A stretch of 64,000 bases of DNA from the NCBI RefSeq assembly GCF_006345805.1, contig NC_043010.1, positions 52,576,001-52,640,000 on the forward strand. The letters are read 5' to 3'. Shown in pieces: positions 52,885-64,000 of this stretch. A program made the translations under genes and the position numbers. The stretch comes from Octopus sinensis (taxonomy: Eukaryota). The number at the start of each line of letters is the position of its first letter. The stretch's first letter is position 1. Below the pieces are notes generated by a model that was not told the DNA's origin, made no database searches, and worked only from the letters and a program-made list of their open reading frames with translations.

Positions 52885-53291
52885 TATTCTTTTATTCTCT
52901 ATTCTTTTCTTTTACTTGTTTCAGTCATTTGACTGCGGCCATGCTGGAACACCGCCTTTAGTCGAGCAAATCGACCCCGGGACTTATTCTTTGTAAGCCC
53001 AGTACTTATTCTATTGGTCTCTTTTGCCGAACCGCTAAGTGACAGGGATGTAAACACACCAGCATCGGTTGTTGAGCAATGCTAGGGGGACAAACACAGA
53101 AACACATACACATATATATATACATATATACGACAGGCTTCTTTCAGTTTCCGTCTACCAAATCCACTCACAAGGCATTAGTCGGCCCAGGGCTATAGCA
53201 GAAGACACTTGCCCAAGATGCCACACAGTGGGACTGAACCTGGAACCATGTGGTTGGTTAGCTAGCTACTTACCACACATCCACTCCCCGA
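52885..53291 (-). mobile_element. tRNA-derived SINE family A, full length
   Basis: Reverse complement of 31074-31484 with few differences. Confidence 0.85.
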
Positions 53292-55911
53292 CATTTTTGT
53301 AGTTGTCCCTTCTCCAAACCAACATTTAGTATGTACAAGCATCCTCCTTCTCATCTACTGTTCACACTTAAAGTAATTGGCTAAATGAACAAAGAAAGCA
53401 TAAAGTTATGGGACCAGGTCACTTGTGGTGTCTCATGAGAGCTACTGGTAAAATGGAATCCAATACAACTCGTTGCATGGGTCAGGTTGTCAGGAACTAA
53501 ACTGCACCCCCCCCACCCAAACTTGTCTGGTGAGGAGGGTTGCTAGAAAGCAAGACCTGTCGAAAGGGTGGATGAACTTAGTGCAGGTTCGATGACTATT
53601 TAGCAATAGCATGCATGGGCTCTCAGAAATTACAGATTGGTGTCTGACATGCTGGAAGACCAGAGGGAGTGAGGCACTCCTTAGCTTTTGTTAAAGCACA
53701 TCTCTAGAACCAACTTCAAACCCAGGTTATGCCTGCTCTGATAATCAGTAGTGACTTGGTCAGTAAATCCTCTCCAACAACCGACGGCAAGATGAGCTGC
53801 TATGGATTACACTATCCCAAAATGTGTATGCATGTGGTCAGGGACCACATGTGAACTTGTTTCCCCATTGAAAATTCCAAACATGACGTTGGCTTGAGTT
53901 GGCTCAACCCACCCTGGGTGAATACCATTGCAAGTACAAATAAGTATAAATTAGGAGGTCCCTGAAATGTTGCTGCCATAAGAAAATGCACCAGGTTACA
54001 CTTTGTAAAGTGGTTGTCAATAAGGAAGGGAACCCAACCATAGACATCAAGCTAAAGGAGCACCTAGACCTTATAAGCAGTAGCAACTCAGAGAGTGATG
54101 GAAATTAGACACAATAGGGTGAGTATGATGGTGATGATGATGATATGTGTGTCTGTGTGTGTGTGCGTGTGGGATTTTGGTTTTTACAAACGACGGAATG
54201 TATTAATTCTTATGTTAGTCATTGTGGTTCTTGTTATTGTTATCCTCCCCACCCCACCAAGTTGAATGCTGATAGAGTGGTCCTGTGATCTAATGCCACA
54301 GAATCTTCTTTTCCAAAATCTCCCTTCTTTATACGATGATAAAGTGAAACTATGTCTAGAAGGTTAAAGAACCAGATATAAGCTCCCTTTTCTTGGATCG
54401 TTTCACTCCAGTGCTTCTCAATTTCTTGCATGATGCAATGCTTCACATGAGAAGAAAAGTAAATGAAAGGTGGCACTGTACTGGAGTCACTACACAGAGG
54501 TCAACAGTTTTTTTTTCTTTAGCCAGTGCAATTCTCGTTGTAGTCGAGACAGATGCCATTTAAGGAAAAAGAAACTGGCGAGGAATTGGATGGTTTTACT
54601 GAGCCATATTTTCGTATTTCTTTCTTATTTTTTTCGGGCAAGGGAAATTGTGATAACGTAAAAAGAAGAGACTTTTAGAAATAAAATATTTAAAAAAAAA
54701 TCACTTTGCCTATACCACCACTAAGATTAATTAAACTCAGTTTAATTAATCTTAATAGTTACAAAGAAAATGATTTGTTTTTATTTGTAAATTGGGCGGG
54801 TATAAAATTATTTTGTGTTAGAAGCCAACGACGATATTTACACAATGTTTACATACAATCACTATATAAATTAAGAGCATTTGCCTGCTATTTCTAGCAA
54901 TCCAAGAGGTACAGCAAATGAACGTTGTGAAAATGTTGCTGTTCAATTCCAGGTTATTCTTGACAATCAACTGTGACTGTACAGTATGTTATGGGTGTCC
55001 TGCAGGGTCCTCAAACACACCGTGTGATGTATTCTTTTGGTTCGTGTTGGGATAATGAACAACTCACTGAAGGTATTATTATGATTCTACGTGTTTATTG
55101 GCATGTTTACAAACTGTATTTGTCTAGCGGAGTGATACACATTGTGCGTATCCACCTTAGACACAGCTCATACTGTTTACTATAAGCGCTTAACAAAATA
55201 GTACTAAAAGTGGGGGATGTATTCATATATACGAATACCTACGCATATACATAAATATGAACGTGTAACAACCGGGTTACATACAAAGAATAAATTCATA
55301 AATTTTATTTCTTTTTCATTGATGTCTATAGGGCGTTTTATTTTGAAAATCGACCACTTCCGTTGGTACCACTTTTCAGCACTTGTCTAAGTCGGAATTT
55401 GAATTCAGAACGTAAGACGGATGAAATACATATTTCTTTACTACCCACAAGGGGCTAAACAGAGGGGACAGACGGATTAAGTTGATTACATCGACTACAG
55501 TGCGTAACTGGTACTTAATTTATCGACCCCGAAAGGATGAAAGGCAAAGTCGACCTTCCCGGAATTTGAACTCAGAACATAGTGGCAGATGAAATACCAC
55601 TAAGCATTTTGCCCGGGATGCTGACGTTTCTCCCAGCTCGCCGCCTTGTAAGCATTAGGTATCTGACACAGTAGTTAGCTTCTCCTGGTGGACGTTAGAG
55701 AAATAACGGAAAGATAACTCTCAGGTATAATGTTTCTAGAAGGGAGATAACCTGCGAGTTTTTGAAACTGAAGTTAACAGCGCAAGGGAAGTTACTCTCG
55801 ATAGCAGGCATAAATTTTGATAAAATGTATCTTAAGTAATTGGGGTTTCGAATACGTCAAGCTGTAAATATATATAAGTATGTATGTTATATATATATGA
55901 TATATATATTA

Positions 55912-56153
55912 ATATTCTGTTGTGTCTGGGGAGAGTCATTTTCTTTTTGTGCCTTATAATTTAACACACGTACCGGTAAAATTTCCACTTATAACTTATT
56001 TTTATTTTCCTAAAATTTTCGTTGAAAAGGTCGCAAGACGCAACGAAAATTTTAGGAATATAAAAATAAGATATAAGTGGAAATTTTACCGGTACGTGTG
56101 TTAAATTATAAGGCCCAAAAAGAAAATGACTCTCCTCAGACACAACAGAATAT
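55912..56153. repeat. Foldback palindrome/MITE, 113-bp arms, 16-nt loop
   Basis: atattctgttgtgtctggggagagtcattttc...aaaattttcgttg mirrored at 56041-56153. Confidence 0.9.
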
Positions 56154-57012
56154 GCTTCAACACACGAACTCATATAAAGAATCTTGCAAACGAAATCCAA
56201 AAATGAAATATTTTAATTTACATCATATATTTATACCTACACACACGCACACTTGTTGGTACTCCATCGCTTAGGACGACGAGGGTTCCAGTTGATCCGA
56301 TCAACGGAACAGCCTGCTCGAGCACTCCGCAGACCAATGTACCCTTAACATAGTTCTCGGGGACATTTAACATGACACAGAGTGTGACAAGGTTGGCCCT
56401 TTGAATTACAGGCACAACAGAAACAGGAAATAAGAGTGAGAGTAAGTTGTGGTGAAAGAGTAGAGCAGGGTTCGCCACCATTCCTTGTCGGAGTCTCGTG
56501 GAGCTTTAGGTGTTTTCGCTCAATAAACATTCACAGCGCCCGGTCTGGGAATCGAAACCGCGATCCTATTACCGTGAGTCCGCTGCCCTAACCACTGGAC
56601 CATTGCGCCCTCACACACGCGCACTAATCGGATGCGGAGCTATATGACTAAATTTTCTGTATGTGCATGCACACATACAACGGAAGCAGCTTATCATGAA
56701 AACGTTACAAGTTCCCAAATGTTGTCAGCGAGATTATTCAATAGGTTAGTCACTAACAAGTAGACAATGAATGCCATATACTGGTACAAAGAATATATAC
56801 CCCTGCAGATGTAAAAGAAGAAGAACGAGGATGGCAAAAGATATGATGAGGCTAAGAATCAAAATACGGGGCCTTCTTCATGTGATGGTTCTTCTTTCAC
56901 TTCAAAAAGCAGGAGAGGTGAAGGGCAAATCAACTATCATAGTATTCAGTCTCGACTATTTCTACCATTCAGTTATCCCCACCAAACGCATGCAGCAATA
57001 TATATATCTATA

Positions 57013-57047
<35 letters not shown>

Positions 57048-57537
57048 ATATATATATATATATTATATATATATATATATATAACTAATAAATAATATTT
57101 TTATAAACAAACCCGAAAGGCTTTGCGATTTACGGGGGAAAAAGCTACTATGGAAGGCTCATAGTATAAGTGTATATAATATCACACACACACACACAAA
57201 CATATATCCGTCAAACTCTGCTATGATGACATCAACAAGAAACATATTTAGCGGTGAGGTTGGTATAGAAATGTGATATACAATAATATACGTTTGTAGG
57301 TTCAGCAAAATTCGAATTAGTTATGATACATATAACTCAAGCTGTATATACACATATACGTGTATGTATATATATACACACACACAAACATAAACATACA
57401 TGTGTATACATTCAATTATATGAGCTCGTGTATGAATATATAGATGCGTGTCTGTGTATACATCTATATACATGGATATGTGTGTGCTTATACATTGATA
57501 CATGCATGTATAGATGTGTATTCATATACGAATATTA

Positions 57538-57601
<64 letters not shown>

Positions 57602-57690
57602 ATCTATCTATCCATCTATATATCTATCTACTTATCTATCTATCTTGTTATACATATATATGTTTGTGTGCAATACCTAATACACACACA

Positions 57691-57738
<48 letters not shown>

Positions 57739-57748
57739 ATATACATAT

Positions 57749-57779
<31 letters not shown>

Positions 57780-59087
57780 ATATGCATATATACACATACA
57801 TCTATAAAGATAACAACACCCACATACACAAAATAATATAAATTAAAAGAAAACAAATAGACTACAACGCAATAACGAAAATATGACAAAAACCCCCCCC
57901 CAAAAGTCCCATGTTTTCATCGAAGAGGTGTGAAAGAGAACTCGAGAACTCAACGCCATCGACGATGTCATGAATGGAAAATAAAATGAAAATAATATAA
58001 CAAAAAAAAACAACAGAAATTACTATGAATAAAATAAACAAAAACAGAACAATACAACATCACTGCGTATGTCCATGAGAACTAATCCCTTCCTAGTATG
58101 TACACACACACACACGAGATAGCACATAAATGTGGAAATAAGATAGACAAAATAGTACTCGAATACCGGAGGTAGAGTAATATGCCTTTTTTTTATATAA
58201 GAAAAGCTGCAAAGACATCACAAAAACTGCTATTCAGTGTTTCAGGTTTTCGTTCGTCGGGCAGTTGTGATCAAGGTTCTCTTAATGCATAATTTCATAT
58301 CTGTATATGAAATCATATATATGAATATGTACACACACACAAGCTTATCTACAGATTTTTCTGTAGAATTCAGAAACAGTACAGAAAGTTACGATGTTTT
58401 CTATCCGAATACGTTAATGCAAACAAAGCGAACGAAGATAGTAAAAAAAAAAGATAGGTAATAGTTGTATATAGATATTTTGAGAACTGTTGCTCTTTCA
58501 TCAGTATATGCCCATTACCTTATTCTTCTAACCTTGACTGCATTGTTTATATAGACTTATACATACATATATATATATGTATAAATGGATAGCCACTACA
58601 CATTCTTTATTTTCTCTTCTTGTTTCTTTCTGTGTTCCTTTCTGTGAAAGAGCATAGATTCGAAACTTTAAAGACTTTCTCACTTCCCGAGCTTTATACT
58701 AATACATCTGTTTGTTGTCTACACTCCCTGTCTTCGTCTTGTTTTTTTTTTTTGTGAATTCTCCCTATATGCATACATATATATGTGTGTGTGTGTATGT
58801 ATGTACACACATATATAAGCACATACAAACATACATGCAAATATAAATATAAGCATGTACAAAATGAAAGTTGAAATTCATTGAGAGTGTTTAAGAAGAT
58901 TTATTACACACAACACACACACACACACACATATAAACATACATGTGCATTCATTCATTTATATATGCTCGTGTATGAGCATATAGATGTGTGTGTAAAT
59001 ACATCTATATTTGGACGTGTGTGTGCATAAATATCTATACATGCACGTGTAGATGTAGATACATATACGAATATCATATTATAATCC

Positions 59088-59141
<54 letters not shown>

Positions 59142-60130
59142 NNNNNNNNNNNNNNNNNNNNNNNNNNNNNNNNNNNNNNNNNNNNNNNNNNNNNNNNNNN
59201 NNNNNNNNNNNNNNNNNNNNNNNNNNNNNNNNNNNNNNNNNGAAAATGACTCTCCTCAGACACAACAGAATATCTTCAACCAAACGAACTCATATAAAGA
59301 ATCTTGCACAGAAATCCAAATGAAAATTAATTTACATCAGATATTTATACCTACACACACGCACACTTGTTGGACTCCATCCCCTCGCTTAGGACGACGA
59401 GGGTTCCAGTTGATCCGATCAACGGAACAGCCTGCTCGAGCACTCCGCAGACCAATGTACCCTTAACATAGTTCTCGGGGACATTTAACATGACACAGAG
59501 TGTGACAAGGTTGGCCCTTTGAATTACAGGCACAACAGAAACAGGAAATAAGAGTGAGAGTAAGTTGTGGTGAAAGAGTAGAGCAGGGTTCGCCACCATT
59601 CCTTGTCGGAGTCTCGTGGAGCTTTAGGTGTTTTCGCTCAATAAACATTCACAGCGCCCGGTCTGGGAATCGAAACCGCGATCCTATTACCGTGAGTCCG
59701 CTGCCCTAACCACTGGACCATTGCGCCCTCACACACGCGCACTAATCGGATGCGGAGCTATATGACTAAATTTTCTGTATGTGCATGCACACATACAACG
59801 GAAGCAGCTTATCATGAAAACGTTACAAGTTCCCAAATGTTGTCAGCGAGATTATTCAATAGGTTAGTCACTAACAAGTAGACAATGAATGCCATATACT
59901 GGTACAAAGAATATATACCCCTGCAGATGTAAAAGAAGAAGAACGAGGATGGCAAAAGATATGATGAGGCTAAGAATCAAAATACGGGGCCTTCTTCATG
60001 TGATGGTTCTTCTTTCACTTCAAAAAGCAGGAGAGGTGAAGGGCAAATCAACTATCATAGTATTCAGTCTCGACTATTTCTACCATTCAGTTATCCCCAC
60101 CAAACGCATGCAGCAATATATATATCTATA

Positions 60131-60165
<35 letters not shown>

Positions 60166-60656
60166 ATATATATATATATATTATATATATATATATATAT
60201 AACTACATAAATAATATTTTTATAAACAAACCCGAAAGGCTTTGCGATTTACGGGGGAGAAAGCTACTATGGAAGGCTCATAGTATAAGTGTATATAATA
60301 TCACACACACACACACAAACATATATCCGTCAAACTCTGCTATGATGACATCAACAAGAAACATATTTAGCGGTGAGGTTGGTATAGAAATGTGATATAC
60401 AATAATATACGTTTGTAGGTTCAGCAAAATTCGAATTAGTTATGATACATATAACTCAAGCTGTATATACACATATACGTGTATGTATATATACACACAC
60501 ACACAAACATAAACATACATGTGTATACATTCAATTATATGAGCTCGTGTATGAATATATAGATGCGTGTCTGTGTATACATCTATATACATGGATATGT
60601 GTGTGCTTATACATTGATACATGCATGTATAGATGTGTATTCATATACGAATATTA

Positions 60657-60696
<40 letters not shown>

Positions 60697-60774
60697 CATC
60701 TATATATCTATCTACTTATCTATCTATCTTGTTATACATATATATGTTTGTGTGCAATACCTAATACACACACA

Positions 60775-60822
<48 letters not shown>

Positions 60823-60832
60823 ATATACATAT

Positions 60833-60863
<31 letters not shown>

Positions 60864-61985
60864 ATATGCATATATACACATACATCTATAAAGATAACAA
60901 CACCCACATACACAAAATAATATAAATTAAAAGAAAACAAATAGACTACAACGCAATAACGAAAATATGACAAAAACCCCCCCAAAAGTCCCATGTTTTC
61001 ATCGAAGAGGTGTGAAAGAGAACTCGAGAACTCAACGCCATCGACGATGTCATGAATGGAAAATAAAATGAAAATAATATAACAAAAAAAAACAACAGAA
61101 ATTACTATGAATAAAATAAACAAAAACAGAACAATACAACATCACTGCGTATGTCCATGAGAACTAATCCCTTCCTAGTATGTACACACACACACACGAG
61201 ATAGCACATAAATGTGGAAATAAGATAGACAAAATAGTACTCGAATACCGGAGGTAGAGTAATATGCCTTTTTTTTATATAAGAAAAGCTGCAAAGACAT
61301 CACAAAAACTGCTATTCAGTGTTTCAGGTTTTCGTTCGTCGGGCAGTTGTGATCAAGGTTCTCTTAATGCATAATTTCATATCTGTATATGAAATCATAT
61401 ATATGAATATGTACACACACACAAGCTTATCTACAGATTTTTCTGTAGAATTCAGAAACAGTACAGAAAGTTACGATGTTTTCTATCCGAATACGTTAAT
61501 GCAAACAAAGCGAACGAAGATAGTAAAAAAAAAAGATAGGTAATAGTTGTATATAGATATTTTGAGAACTGTTGCTCTTTCATCAGTATATGCCCATTAC
61601 CTTATTCTTCTAACCTTGACTGCATTGTTTATATAGACTTATACATACATATATATATATGTATAAATGGATAGCCACTACACATTCTTTATTTTCTCTT
61701 CTTGTTTCTTTCTGTGTTCCTTTCTGTGAAAGAGCATAGATTCGAAACTTTAAAGACTTTCTCACTTCCCGAGCTTTATACTAATACATCTGTTTGTTGT
61801 CTACACTCCCTGTCTTCGTCTTTTGTTTTTTTTTTTGTGAATTCTCCCTATATGCATACATATATATGTGTGTGTGTGTATGTATGTACACACATATATA
61901 AGCACATACAAACATACATGCAAATATAAATATAAGCATGTACAAAATGAAAGTTGAAATTCATTGAGAGTGTTTAAGAAGATTT

Positions 61986-62022
<37 letters not shown>

Positions 62023-62175
62023 AACATACATGTGCATTCATTCATTTATATATGCTCGTGTATGAGCATATAGATGTGTGTGTAAATACATCTATATATA
62101 TGGACGTGTGTGTGCATAAATATCTATACATGCACGTGTAGATGTAGATACATATACGAATATCATATTATATCC

Positions 62176-62215
<40 letters not shown>
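56122..62215 (+). repeat. ~3 kb direct duplication (56122-59141 and 59242-~62215) separated by a 100-N gap
   Basis: Same order of SINE C, unique segments and microsatellites. Several ORFs in the track are duplicated (e.g. 56218/59351, 58237/61319). Confidence 0.92.
59142..59241. other. Assembly gap (exactly 100 N)
   Basis: Run of n counted from the sequence. Confidence 0.99.
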
Positions 62216-62259
<44 letters not shown>

Positions 62260-62471
62260 GTCTATCTATCTATCCATCCATCTATCTATTGTATATAAAT
62301 TTAAAATAATAAGGGTTGAAAATTAAATATTAATTTGATTAATATCAATTTAAAACCCGTGGTCTAGCATATAGAAAAATCTGAAGATTCAGAAAAATTA
62401 TATTGCATACATGTAAGAGGGATGACCACTAAGTGGACATCCATTATGCTAGAAATCTACCCCCCTATGGT

Positions 62472-62545
62472 CTTACCACTAAGAAAGGAATGTTCTCTGT
62501 CGTTTGCTAAATTTTTCTTGAGAACATTCCTTTCTTAGTGGTAAG
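62472..62545. other. Perfect 26-bp inverted repeat with a 22-nt loop
   Basis: cttaccactaagaaaggaatgttctc / gagaacattcctttcttagtggtaag. Confidence 0.9.
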
Positions 62546-62999
62546 TGAGAGCATGCATACGCACACAGGAACGAATTCACAGACATACTTTCACAAGACT
62601 TGTCTTGTTTTCTTCTTATGTGAAATGAGCCATTTTACTGACCAATATGCTTATATTCCATCCACACATTGAAATATGAAATATACCAGATTTAGAAATA
62701 CTATATCTCCCACCCCCTTTCATCATTTGCATAAAAAAAGGAAAAGAACAATAAAATAAAATAGAAAATAAAATAAACAAATCCTTTTTTTCGAACAAAA
62801 AATCAGGTAAAATGGATAAAAATGTTCACACAAAAACAACAAAAATGAAATAAATATGCAAAAGTTACTAAAGCACACAGAGATAAAAATTAAAAAAAAG
62901 TACAAAGATATATGTCATATATGAATTTATATATATATATATATATACATACACACACATATTTATATATATATGAATGTATACGATATATAGTGTGTA

Positions 63000-63030
<31 letters not shown>

Positions 63031-63833
63031 TATATTATATATATATATATAAAGATATGTAATATATGCATATATATATGCATCCATATATATATATGTA
63101 TATAAATATACATATATACACACACACATATATGTATATATATTGATATATAAATACACACGCACACATATGTATATATATTATATATATGTATATATAT
63201 AATATATATATTATATGATATATATATATATATATAATATATATATATATAAATACATTCATACATACATATACACACAAGCATATATATGTAAACATAT
63301 GCATATATATATATATATATATATTATGTGTGTGTGTGCATTTTTAATATTTTGCTGTTGTTATTGCTACTATGGTAATAACTAACTTGAAACATTAGCC
63401 CCATCAACTACCTGCGATGCATCCTCCTTTAAGAAACCTATGATGTGAGACTAATGAAACCAGTGAGTGTTGCATGAAATCTTCGCTGCACGTAACCTTT
63501 CAACGTTTCTGCAAATCCTTGTAGATGTTATGTGTGTTTGTCTCTAGGAGTCTTCTAGAATGAGCTTGTCCTGCTTTGGTCGGGCTGGACTTTCAGTCAC
63601 AACAATTGTCACTAGACCATACACAACAGTAGATGAATGAGATGTGATTAGACAACTAACACTCACCAGAATGACCCTGTGCTTTGCAGAGAACTCAACT
63701 CTCTTTACTGCAAGGATCAGTTGCAATGGAGGAGGAGGGTAATGTGTCTCAGTGCAAATGCGTTTTGCAATTTTGGATTTGTTTTCATTTCTTTTCTAAC
63801 CTGGTACCTGAGTTACACACAAGCTTGAGACAT

Positions 63834-63889
<56 letters not shown>

Positions 63890-64000
63890 AGTACAAGTAT
63901 ATATGTATGTATAAGTTTATATATTTTTGTAGATATATATATATATAAATATTAATATATATATACACACATATATGTATACATACATCCACATATACAT

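Noticed and set aside
53440-54110. LINE 5' end or endonuclease gene
   Set aside because: Complex sequence that may be an old retroelement, but I could not read a diagnostic motif in any frame, so it is not called.
56771-57088. Duplicated gene pair (ORFs at 56771 and 59889)
   Set aside because: No recognisable domain, runs into microsatellite, and the second copy belongs to the probable false duplication.

Overview
AT-rich, microsatellite-saturated animal genomic DNA. The repeat landscape resembles Octopus/coleoid cephalopod (inference only). The one host gene I can support is the 3' part of a Myt1/Myt1l/St18-family CCHHC zinc-finger transcription factor on the minus strand. It has four exons (45635-45573, 27561-27377, 18727-18567, 16434-16043) encoding two CCHHC fingers and the C-terminal coiled coil. 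The second exon carries an apparent 1-bp frameshift. Its 5' exons were not found. The rest is tRNA-derived SINEs (about four families), 3' ends of RTE LINEs with variable internal tandem arrays, R4/Dong-like and HERO-like RLE retrotransposon relics, mariner relics, TA- and TTAA-type MITEs and several long foldback palindromes. A ~3 kb duplication flanks a 100-N gap and is probably an assembly/haplotype artefact. Nearly all ORFs in the supplied track are translations of (TA)n/(CA)n/(AAT)n repeats or of SINEs. Repeat boundaries are approximate, read by eye.
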